Assembly: GCA_046536795.1 (NCBI GenBank)
Contig: JAWDMB010000002.1
Coordinates: 178,165-242,164 of the forward strand
Reading direction: 5' to 3'
Length of the DNA stretch: 64,000 nt
DNA from: Candidatus Micrarchaeota archaeon
GTDB taxonomy: Archaea > Micrarchaeota > Micrarchaeia > Micrarchaeales > CABMGC01
Below, piece after piece: positions 1 to 8,465 of this stretch (positions within the stretch are counted from its first letter, which is position 1; each line of letters starts with the position of its first letter). The notes beneath the pieces were generated by a model. The model was not told where the DNA came from and ran no database searches. It saw nothing but the letters and a program-made list of their open reading frames with translations. Both the position numbers and the translations under genes were made by a program.

Positions 1-4
1 AAGC

Positions 5-1606
5 ATGCTTATCTGGTATATATTTGTAAATATATACAAATTTACAGGATCTATATATTCACAAACGTTTACAGGCGTTCACTTCTTGCCACTTCTCGTT
101 CTCATGCTTCTGGGCTGGTATACTGCATACTACATGCTTAGCAATATAAGCAAATATTATAAGCTTGTCGGAACAGCAAAGAGAAGGCTTGCGTTTGCTC
201 TCATCTCATTAGCTGTCATAGCAATTATAATAGATATAGCGATGCCAAGCTTTGTATATGAAATATTTGTAGGAAATGGATTCATAACAACGAGCAATTT
301 TTCTGTAACAATAGAAGAGCTTCAGCCGCCAAGCACGGGTTTCTTATTTGCAAGCTTCGGCGCTTTCCTGTTTACAACACCTATGTCAATAGTCATATAC
401 CTATCAACATTTGTAAAACATATGAAATGGCTCTTTTGGATTATAATGCTAATTACCTTCCTGCCGTATTTCTTCATGCAAGTTGAAAACGACAACGATA
501 TGAAGAGTGTAAAAGCTTATATAAAGTTTGCACCAAACGAGATGATGCTTACGCTCATCTCTTACTATGCTATAACTGCATATTTGCAGATGCATGCCGT
601 AAGGTTTAACTCTCTGCTCTCAGTGCCGCTTGCTATATTATCAGCATATACACTCTACTGGCTCATTGCATATTTCAAGAAGTATAACAGGAATTATCTC
701 TATATAGGCTACGGCATTCTTATCGCATTGATATTATATACAATAATGGTAGACTATTCTTATTCGCAGGCCTTAGTACAGGCTGATGATATTAATCCAA
801 CATTCCTTAGTGCGCTAAACTGGGTAAGAAATAACACGCCTGCAAATTCGGTTTTTCTTACTCTATGGCCAGATGGTAGTGTAATCGAGGGTTGGGCAAA
901 CAGAACGAGCGTAACAGATAGTGTTGGCTCACAAAACGCATCGAAAGCAGACCCTTTTGCACTCTGGTTATATAATTCAAGCCCTGACGGCCAATTCCTG
1001 CTAAGCAACATAAACGGCAAGCCAGATTATCTGCTTGTTAGGTATTCATGGCTCCTTGAAACAGAAGGTATATTTATTGAATCTGGAATAAATGCTTCTC
1101 TAAGCCAGCTATATAGCTATACGGCCTTTACAGGGCTTAATGAACAACTTAACAAAAGCTCACAGATCTTTACTTTCACAAACAACAACTTCCAGGAAAG
1201 AACAATAATAGTTAATCAAAACAATACCCAAAAGATCTCAAGCTATCTTATAATGCCAAATGGCATATCGCCCGTAGAGTATGTTGCTTTTTCAAACATT
1301 TATAACGGGAGTTTTGCAATAATAAAGCAAACAGCGTTTAACAAGACAAATGGCGATCTTCTTCTAATAACCTATTCGCCTATACCAAACCCTAGAATGC
1401 CGATAAATATAACGGGCGCCTTCCTCTTTTCACCAGGATTAGCAAATAGTAATATGCTAAAGTTTCTTTACTTCTGCAACAACTACGAATGCCTTTGGAA
1501 CAACAATGTTGCAAAATTAGAGCTTGTTTTTATGAATCCGGATACAAGGATTTACAAGATAATTTACAACAACACTTATAACAATACTTCTTATATCAAC
1601 ACTTAG
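5..1606 (+). CDS. STT3/AglB-like membrane oligosaccharyltransferase (N-terminus probably upstream of window)
   Basis: The frame is open to the window edge. About 7 hydrophobic helices are followed by a soluble Asn-rich C-terminal domain. The segment TLWPDGSVIEGWANR sits where AglB/STT3 carries WWDYG; the Asp is retained and the other positions are degenerate. The call is by pattern recognition only. Confidence 0.45.
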   Translation: MLIWYIFVNIYKFTGSIYSQTFTGVHFLPLLVLMLLGWYTAYYMLSNISKYYKLVGTAKRRLAFALISLAVIAIIIDIAMPSFVYEIFVGNGFITTSNFSVTIEELQPPSTGFLFASFGAFLFTTPMSIVIYLSTFVKHMKWLFWIIMLITFLPYFFMQVENDNDMKSVKAYIKFAPNEMMLTLISYYAITAYLQMHAVRFNSLLSVPLAILSAYTLYWLIAYFKKYNRNYLYIGYGILIALILYTIMVDYSYSQALVQADDINPTFLSALNWVRNNTPANSVFLTLWPDGSVIEGWANRTSVTDSVGSQNASKADPFALWLYNSSPDGQFLLSNINGKPDYLLVRYSWLLETEGIFIESGINASLSQLYSYTAFTGLNEQLNKSSQIFTFTNNNFQERTIIVNQNNTQKISSYLIMPNGISPVEYVAFSNIYNGSFAIIKQTAFNKTNGDLLLITYSPIPNPRMPINITGAFLFSPGLANSNMLKFLYFCNNYECLWNNNVAKLELVFMNPDTRIYKIIYNNTYNNTSYINT

Positions 1607-1671
1607 CAAAACAAAACTTAACTACAACTACAACAAAAAGGAAGAGAAAAAGAAAATAAAAAGGTTTAGGA

Positions 1672-2046
1672 TTACTTCTTGTATCCTAGTCCGCTTCCTA
1701 TGAAGGCTATTATGAAGCCTATCAAGACTGTTGCAAAGTAAGCCATGTTGCCGTATGTTAGTGCCGCTAGCACTATGCCTGTACATACTGTAGCCTTCAT
1801 TGCACCAGCTGCTACCGCCTTTTCATCAATGCCTGGTATTAGGTTGCCGAAGCTCACAAAGAAGAGTGCTATTGATCCAACAACGCCTACTGCATATAGC
1901 AATGGTAGCCATAGCGCTGCTGCTCCCCAGCTGTTATTCATATATGTACCGCTTGTTGTAAAGACCACTGCTAGGAAGAAAAGGCTTCCAATGAACTCCA
2001 AGGCAAAAACTCCCCAGTTTGTTGTTTCTTTTGCCATTTCGATCAC
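1672..2046 (-). CDS. small integral membrane protein (about 4 TM), unknown function
   Basis: 124-aa ORF with four clear hydrophobic segments. The antisense ORF 1745-2053 looks like a shadow. Confidence 0.5.
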   Translation of the reverse strand: MIEMAKETTNWGVFALEFIGSLFFLAVVFTTSGTYMNNSWGAAALWLPLLYAVGVVGSIALFFVSFGNLIPGIDEKAVAAGAMKATVCTGIVLAALTYGNMAYFATVLIGFIIAFIGSGLGYKK

Positions 2047-2219
2047 GCTATAATAAAGAATAATTAAATTTTTAAATCTAACTACTCTATTCGTTTATGC
2101 TTTGGTATTTATTTGACATTTGCCGAAAATAAATAGACGTGCTTCTTTATAACCTAGTTATCGATAGTTAAGGCTAAGCTAAGCACAATTTTAAAAATGC
2201 TTAATGCTTAATAGAATTC

Positions 2220-3332
2220 ATGAAGCTTAAACTTGCGTTTGCATATGACAGTGCATACCCTTGGTTCAATGGGGGCATAGAAAAGAGAAGATTTCTTATT
2301 ATGCAAGCGCTAGCCAATGCGGGCCACGAGGTGCATTGCTTTACAATGCTAAGAGAGGGCATGCCTGGCAAAGAGTTTAGCTACAAGGGAATAAGGTATC
2401 ATTGCTGTGGCGTAGCAATACCAAACAGCAAGATGTATGTTCATGGAAGGCGCAACATAAGGTGGCCGCTAAAATATGCACTTATATTACCATTCAAGCT
2501 AATAAAGTATGACGACTTTGACCTTATAGATGCTGACGCCTTCCCATTTCTTCACCTCTTTACAATAAGTCTTATCGCAAAACTGAAGCACATAAAGTTT
2601 ATAGTGACATGGCATGAAGTATGGAGCCTTGAGTACTGGCAAAGATATCTTGGCAAACTCGGCGGTGCTATAGGCTATTTTGTAGAATACCTTGCTTCCA
2701 AGCTAACCAAAGACTTTATCTCCAACTCAAATGAAACAGCAAAGAGGCTTTATGAAGAATTTGGAAAGAAAAGCTTGGTCTTCCCTGCAGCTGTTTCTAG
2801 TTATGAGTTTGATGCTAGGCGTATAAAGAAGAAGAATCAGTTCATCTCCATAGGCAGGCTTGTTCCGGAGAAGCGCATGGACATGGTTTTAAGGGCTATT
2901 GCTGAGAGCGATGCAAGCGCAAAGATTGTTGGCATTGGACCAGAGGAGAAGAACCTTAAGGCGCTTGCAAAGGACCTTGGCATAGAGAAAAGAGTTAAAT
3001 TCATAAGAAGGCTAAGCCCAAAGAGGTTGTTTGCTAGTATAAAGGAGTCGCGTGGTCTGCTTATGTTCTCAGCCAGGGAAGGCTTATCCCTTATAACGCT
3101 AGAAGCCATGATGCTTGGAGTTCCTGTATTCATTGTTGGCTCAACCTCGCTCCCAAGCGATGTAAAAAAGCTTTGCATAACGCTAAACGAAAATAGCCTT
3201 GGAAAGAGCATAAATGAAGTGCTTAAAGACTATAGAAAGTATGAAGAGAAGGCAAAAAAAGCAAGGCAGATTGTATTAGAGAGGTATTCTGCAGACTATG
3301 CAATGCAGGTATATGAAAAATTTCTCAAATAA
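2220..3332 (+). CDS. glycosyltransferase, GT4 (GT-B fold) family
   Basis: 370 aa. The C-terminal EGLSLITLEAMMLGVPV matches the E-x7-E motif region of GT4/GT1 enzymes. It lies next to the AglB-like gene. Confidence 0.8.
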   Translation: MKLKLAFAYDSAYPWFNGGIEKRRFLIMQALANAGHEVHCFTMLREGMPGKEFSYKGIRYHCCGVAIPNSKMYVHGRRNIRWPLKYALILPFKLIKYDDFDLIDADAFPFLHLFTISLIAKLKHIKFIVTWHEVWSLEYWQRYLGKLGGAIGYFVEYLASKLTKDFISNSNETAKRLYEEFGKKSLVFPAAVSSYEFDARRIKKKNQFISIGRLVPEKRMDMVLRAIAESDASAKIVGIGPEEKNLKALAKDLGIEKRVKFIRRLSPKRLFASIKESRGLLMFSAREGLSLITLEAMMLGVPVFIVGSTSLPSDVKKLCITLNENSLGKSINEVLKDYRKYEEKAKKARQIVLERYSADYAMQVYEKFLK

Positions 3333-3556
3333 AAAAATAGTATCCTGACATTTACTTGAAATTGGTAGAAACACAATATCCACTTAGTTATATTATTTTA
3401 TAACAATGGCTTCTATATATTTGCTTAAATTTGCAAATTTCAGCTTGCCCATTGTCCTCTCGTTTTTGCTATCCAAATTTAAATATGAATCTAGGCAGAT
3501 AAAGAGATAAAGTGGTAAAGGAAAAACCTATTAAATTATACTTCTTATTTTAAATC

Positions 3557-3811
3557 ATGGAAAACAAAACGCCTGTTGGCACTATTACACATTACTATGA
3601 CAAAATAGGTGTAGCGATAGTTGAGCTGAGCGACAAGCTGAAAGTCGGGGATACGATAGCGATAGAGGGTAAAACAACAAACTTTACACAGAAGGTTGAA
3701 AGTATACAGATAGAGCACATAAATGTTGAAGAAGCTGGGAGCGGCGAATCTATAGGGTTAAAGGTAGACCAAAAAGTAAGGGAGGGCGACAAGGTTTACA
3801 AGGTATTCTAA
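3557..3811 (+). CDS. small EF-Tu domain-2-like beta-barrel protein
   Basis: 84 aa. VGTITHYYDKIGVAIVEL..GDTIAIEG..IEHINVEEAGSGESIGLKV resembles the translation-factor domain II fold family of stand-alone small proteins. Confidence 0.5.
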   Translation: MENKTPVGTITHYYDKIGVAIVELSDKLKVGDTIAIEGKTTNFTQKVESIQIEHINVEEAGSGESIGLKVDQKVREGDKVYKVF

Positions 3812-3823
3812 GCTACTAAGCAT

Positions 3824-3907
3824 GCCCCTGTAGCTCAGTGGTAGAGCGACTGCATGGTAAAAAATCTATAGAGCAGTAGGTCGCGAGTTCAATTCTCGCC
3901 AGGGGCT
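3824..3907 (+). tRNA. tRNA-Thr(GGU) with a 12-nt intron after position 37
   Basis: Hand fold: acceptor GCCCCTG/CAGGGGC, D arm GCTC-AGTGGTA-GAGC, anticodon stem ACTGC/GCAGT enclosing 19 nt (ATGGTA + 12 nt + A), T arm GCGAG-TTCAATT-CTCGC. No encoded CCA. Confidence 0.7.
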
Positions 3908-3940
3908 TGCATTAGAATTTGAAGAATTTACGTTGGTTTT

Positions 3941-4849
3941 ATGAAGCTTGATAAAATTGCACGAGAAGAATACAAAGAGGTAATGCATTCAAAAATACAG
4001 GATTTTGGAAATATAGGCGATCCTTACATAAATAGCTACATAATTAGATGCGGAATAAAGAAGCTTGCTGTGATAGCTGGGCGCCACAGATCAAACGACA
4101 AGATAGTATTCAATTTAATGGAAAAGGCGTTTAAAGCAATCAAGCCAAAAGTTGTTTTGCTAGAACAACCAAAAGATCATAAAGTTGAACAATTTATAGA
4201 GTTTGTAAAAAATAAGGACAAAAAATTTTGGAATGAGTTTGACGCAGCTGCCGATTTAGCTGTTAGAAACAAAGCAGATTTATATTTTATTGATATCTCT
4301 GATAAAGAACATTTTGAATCTTTTATGCAGATGAAAGATGGTATTAAGCTTTATATTTTGTTCTTCTTTTCTGGAACTTATAAGACAATTTTTAATATCT
4401 ATAATAAGACAAGAAAGATAGAAAATGAGGATTATAAAATTCTCTCAGAATCCTTTTTATTAAGAGATATAATAGATGATGATCAAATTTACAATGCCTT
4501 CATTAAAGTTAAGGAAAAGGAATATAGAAACATAGGCCTTATTGCCACGATAGATAGGATAGTTGAAGAGACTACTAGAAAGTACACAGGAAAAAAGCTT
4601 AGCCACGATCTGATAATTTACGGAAATCTTACAGCACCATTCCCTTTTGCAAATTATGAAATTAGCAAAATAATTGAATTATTACAAGCGAAAAGAGATA
4701 GCATTATGTTGCATGGAATAATAAATCATTTGAAAAAAGCAGATTCTGTTATGTTCGTATGTGGCAGTGGGCACGCGGCTACGATGAAAAAGTACCTGCT
4801 TAGAGAGCTTAAAAGATTTGGAAAGTGTGCGTTAGAGAAGATAGAATAA
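3941..4849 (+). CDS. hypothetical protein, weak TraB/GumN-like features
   Basis: 302 aa. VIAGRHRS near the N-terminus and VCGSGHAATM near the C-terminus resemble the GxxH / GAGH motifs of the TraB/PrgY/GumN family. The similarity is weak. Confidence 0.35.
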   Translation: MKLDKIAREEYKEVMHSKIQDFGNIGDPYINSYIIRCGIKKLAVIAGRHRSNDKIVFNLMEKAFKAIKPKVVLLEQPKDHKVEQFIEFVKNKDKKFWNEFDAAADLAVRNKADLYFIDISDKEHFESFMQMKDGIKLYILFFFSGTYKTIFNIYNKTRKIENEDYKILSESFLLRDIIDDDQIYNAFIKVKEKEYRNIGLIATIDRIVEETTRKYTGKKLSHDLIIYGNLTAPFPFANYEISKIIELLQAKRDSIMLHGIINHLKKADSVMFVCGSGHAATMKKYLLRELKRFGKCALEKIE

Positions 4850-4868
4850 TTAGCAGACCAATTTTATT

Positions 4869-5276
4869 TTATAGCCTTAGCTTGAGCTTAACACCCTTAT
4901 GCATGCCAAGCTTTTTAGCCATATGAGCTCTTAGCTCGAGCACGTACATAGCCTTTTCCCTTGGCAGATAGGTTTTGCATCTGAATATAGAGCTGCAGGG
5001 CTTTGCATCTTCAACTATATCAACAACAACAAGCTGCTTGCTAAGCCATATAATGTCTATCGGAAAGAGCATGTTGCGCATCCATATACCGTGCCTGGCT
5101 TCTCTGCTAAATACAAAAAGCATGCCATCGCTTTTGCCAAGTGAATTCATGTGCATAAGCCCAAGCATAAGCTTTGGTAAAGAATCTGCAACAAGCACGT
5201 CAAGAGCTTTGCTATCAACATAAATGCTTGCATGCTTATATTTAAGCATCTTGCGCATAAGCTTTGTAAAGCACAT
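4869..5276 (-). CDS. DUF192 family protein
   Basis: 135 aa. DGMLFVFSREARHGIWMRNMLFPIDIIWL is the characteristic DUF192 (COG1430) core. Confidence 0.65.
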   Translation of the reverse strand: MCFTKLMRKMLKYKHASIYVDSKALDVLVADSLPKLMLGLMHMNSLGKSDGMLFVFSREARHGIWMRNMLFPIDIIWLSKQLVVVDIVEDAKPCSSIFRCKTYLPREKAMYVLELRAHMAKKLGMHKGVKLKLRL

Positions 5277-5571
5277 AGCATTCCCAATTAATATTATAGA
5301 ACGTTGGATAAGTAATATCCTTTCGTATAGCCATTTCTACCTTTCCATATCTGAATAGATCCTAAAGACGCACACCCTTGTCAAATCTATATTCATATAC
5401 TTAAGTTCACTTTATATATATTTCTACAGTTTGCTTTCATCTCACGATTGAGTCGTGGGTTTTCTCGCTCAGTTCTATAAGACGTTGTGATATGCATTAT
5501 TTTAGCAATGTAAATGCTCAAATAAGAAAGATTTTTAAGTATTTGATACTTAAGCCCATACAGGTGAAAGC

Positions 5572-5736
5572 ATGAAGATTTTGAAGAATAAAGGAAAAAC
5601 CATAATTGTGGCTACTGGTGCGACGGATCCAAAAAATTGCCCCAGATTAATAGTAAATGAAGAAATTAATGAGATTAGAGATGACTACAAAGGACGTATA
5701 AAGGTATCGAAGAAATTGCTGTCTAAGATTTTCTGA
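5572..5736 (+). CDS. small hypothetical protein (54 aa), not in the ORF track
   Basis: ATG preceded by AGGTGA 5 nt upstream. Translation: MKILKNKGKTIIVATGATDPKNCPRLIVNEEINEIRDDYKGRIKVSKKLLSKIF. It ends 3 nt before the convergent gene. Confidence 0.35.
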   Translation: MKILKNKGKTIIVATGATDPKNCPRLIVNEEINEIRDDYKGRIKVSKKLLSKIF

Positions 5737-5739
5737 ATT

Positions 5740-6804
5740 TTAGATTTTTATTTCTTCCAAGTGAAAAGGCCATTCACCTACAATTATTCCTGTTAGGATT
5801 GCTTTTTTAATTACAGGGTTTTCCTTTGACCACAGAGCTTTTAATAAATCAGGGCCTCTTTTTGCTAATGCTTCGCCATCTTTAAAAACACAGATAAATA
5901 AACCATCAAAAAAGCCTTGAGCATCTAAAATTAGATTATATTCATTAACAATCCCACCTTCTTGATTATTGGATATACTCTTAAGAAATTCGCTTACAAA
6001 CCTGCCATGCTCCTCTGTTGGGTTTACATAAACAGTATAAGCATAAAGTAATCTTTTATCTGGGTTTTGTGTGAGAGCCGAGAATTTTTTAATTATGCCC
6101 ATGCTTTTGAGCTTCCTGATAATGTATAATATTCTATCAAGATCCTTTACTTTGAGCTTTTTTGCAATCTCCACTAGCTTCATTCTAGAGTTGCTGTTTA
6201 GAAGCATTAAGATTTGCTTCTCTGATTTTGACAAGACTGGTGACTTTTCTATTATCTCGTTCCTTAAAGGAAGAAACCCTATACTTAATCTTGAAATATC
6301 TGCAACATATAATGTTGCGCCTTGTTTGCTGAATTTTAGCCTAAACTTCCACTGCCACGCCCCGAATTCTTGCTGCGACAAGCCCACTACGTGCAAAAGC
6401 AGGTCAAAGTCGCCTTCTGCTAGGTATGCATTCTGCACATAAGGGTCATTTGCTAACTCGCTTTTTATTATATCTATACTCGGCCTCTCACTAAATTTCA
6501 CTAGTATAATCTTGCCAGGTACAAAGCCCAATGCTACTTCATCTAGCTCAAGCGTGTATTTTATTGCATACTCCTTCTCCAGCTTCTCGAGCACAGACTT
6601 TACCACATGGTACGATATGCCAAGTTCCTTTCCAAACTGCCTTAGCGAGACACGTGAGTTAAAATAGATCCTTTTTAATATCTCATAGGGCAGCTTGTTC
6701 TTTATGTATTCTTCCTTCTCCTTAGAAACCATGAAGGTATTTCCTATTGCATTAATATAAACCTTGCCTATTTTCCGCTCTACTTTCCGCATTCTAAATC
6801 TCAA
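5740..6804 (-). CDS. transcriptional regulator with two Lrp/AsnC-type winged-helix modules
   Basis: 354 aa. Two HTH-like segments (RVSLRQFGKELGISYHVVKSVLEKLEKE and RMKLVEIAKKLKVKDLDRILYIIRKLKSMG) are each followed by an alpha/beta effector-like region (GDFDLLLHV). Confidence 0.6.
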   Translation of the reverse strand: MRFRMRKVERKIGKVYINAIGNTFMVSKEKEEYIKNKLPYEILKRIYFNSRVSLRQFGKELGISYHVVKSVLEKLEKEYAIKYTLELDEVALGFVPGKIILVKFSERPSIDIIKSELANDPYVQNAYLAEGDFDLLLHVVGLSQQEFGAWQWKFRLKFSKQGATLYVADISRLSIGFLPLRNEIIEKSPVLSKSEKQILMLLNSNSRMKLVEIAKKLKVKDLDRILYIIRKLKSMGIIKKFSALTQNPDKRLLYAYTVYVNPTEEHGRFVSEFLKSISNNQEGGIVNEYNLILDAQGFFDGLFICVFKDGEALAKRGPDLLKALWSKENPVIKKAILTGIIVGEWPFHLEEIKI

Positions 6805-7010
6805 AATCTCAAAATATTTTATTATATTTCAGGATTATTTTAAATAAGTATAAAAATCTTTTAGTTAATTATTTATATATCCTCGCATAAAAATATTTAT
6901 CGGTGGTAATGGTGGAAGACGTAAATACTTGCAACTTGTTCTCTGCTCTCCCAAACCACACCAGTGTCTATGCCCACCATTACCATTATCATGCTACACA
7001 TGGTGGGGAC

Positions 7011-7271
7011 ATGAAAGAGAAAAACTGGAGTATAAAAACAAGCAGGTATGGATTTTATTTTATTGAGCCTCAGCCCAATAAAGATGCAAAGAGCTTTGCT
7101 AGTGAGCTTCTCGGCTTAGAGGGCGTAGAAGAGGTGCAGATAACAAGCGGATCTGTTGGCTATATAGTTGCTGCCAGAAAAGAAGGAAGCAATGCGATCG
7201 AGCATTTTATAAAGAAAAATGCTCTAAAGAGCAGGTATGTGGAGAGCCATTATATAATGTCGAAGAGGTAG
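7011..7271 (+). CDS. small hypothetical protein, possibly a stand-alone RAM/ACT-like domain
   Basis: ATG at 7011 is preceded by GGTGGGG. The track ORF starts at GTG 6903 with an implausible His-rich leader. VEEVQITSGSVGYIVAARK resembles the Lrp C-terminal domain. Confidence 0.4.
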   Translation: MKEKNWSIKTSRYGFYFIEPQPNKDAKSFASELLGLEGVEEVQITSGSVGYIVAARKEGSNAIEHFIKKNALKSRYVESHYIMSKR

Positions 7272-7282
7272 AGGTGAGTTTT

Positions 7283-7411
7283 ATGTGGCCTTTTAATAAG
7301 CCTAAGCATGCATCTGCCAATGCACCAAGTAATAATGAGAATAGACCTATAAAGATGATAGAAATAGGCCATAATGCTTGGCAGATCGTTCACGCTGACG
7401 AAAAAAATTAA
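7283..7411 (+). CDS. small hypothetical protein (42 aa), not in the ORF track
   Basis: ATG preceded by GAGGTGA. Translation: MWPFNKPKHASANAPSNNENRPIKMIEIGHNAWQIVHADEKN. It sits between two co-oriented genes. Confidence 0.3.
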   Translation: MWPFNKPKHASANAPSNNENRPIKMIEIGHNAWQIVHADEKN

Positions 7412-7511
7412 AAAAATGTTTATTATTTTTTATATTTGTTCATTTAAAGCAGTACTAAAAAAAGTTAAATTTAAAAAATAGTTTGCTCACAATATTTAGA
7501 GGTAAGGGGGG

Positions 7512-8417
7512 TTGGAAATGAATGAAGATGTTGATGTTGGAGTTGGGCTTGAAGTTGATTACATGGCTAAGGATAATGAAAAGGCTATAACACATAGCAG
7601 TATATTTGAACTCATTATGAAGAAGTCGAAGAATAAGAGTGAATACAAAAAGTACGCTGAGCTAGTTGGTATGCTAATGCTTAGCTATAATAAAAGGCTT
7701 GGTAGCATAAGTGCTGCAGAAAAAGCAGTTTATGAGCTTATAAGCGAATCAAACAGTGTAAATGACCTGGTTATGCATTACAATGCATTGATGGAAGAGG
7801 AAAAGGCGAATGCAGACAAGAGTGCAGAGAATGCAAAGGCAAGGATTGCAAACATGCTGCTTAATGACTACAAGCGCAGGTTTGGGGAGGGAAAGAAGGA
7901 AGCATACAATGTTCTTGTGCTTCAAAGTTGGATTAACAAGGTAGAAGGCATAAACGAACTAACAATATTGATGGATAACATACTAAACGTAAGGGATAAG
8001 CTCGGCAATTCATGGGATTACGAAGTGCATATAATACCGCTTCTTGTTGAAAAAGCCTTCTCAACCGATGAATTAATGGATTATGCTAATGCTATAACGA
8101 ACCTTATCGTTGGACTAGGCAGGAAGCTAAAAGACAATTACCTTGCAGTTATGACAGGGGTAAAGGTATTGGAATACGCTAATTCACCCACTGTGATTAA
8201 GAGTTATATAAGGGATATGGTCAAGGAGAACAACAAGAAAATAGACCAGCTGAACACGCAGCTTGCAATGATAAATTCAAATACAATTTCAAAGGTTAAG
8301 AATATTGCAAGGATAAGAGCATTAAACCAGCAGATTGCTGAACTGCATTTGCTAAATGAAGAATTAATGAAAGGGATTGACCCTAAGGAACTTATGCTAG
8401 AAGGAACAAAGAGGTAG
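7512..8417 (+). CDS. hypothetical coiled-coil protein
   Basis: 301-aa helical, charged ORF. GAGGTAAGGGGGG lies upstream of the TTG/ATG start. No recognisable motif. Confidence 0.5.
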   Translation: MEMNEDVDVGVGLEVDYMAKDNEKAITHSSIFELIMKKSKNKSEYKKYAELVGMLMLSYNKRLGSISAAEKAVYELISESNSVNDLVMHYNALMEEEKANADKSAENAKARIANMLLNDYKRRFGEGKKEAYNVLVLQSWINKVEGINELTILMDNILNVRDKLGNSWDYEVHIIPLLVEKAFSTDELMDYANAITNLIVGLGRKLKDNYLAVMTGVKVLEYANSPTVIKSYIRDMVKENNKKIDQLNTQLAMINSNTISKVKNIARIRALNQQIAELHLLNEELMKGIDPKELMLEGTKR

Positions 8418-8465
8418 AGAAGGTACTTCCCCACTCCAGCTTTCTCACCTCTTCTCCTTTTTATT

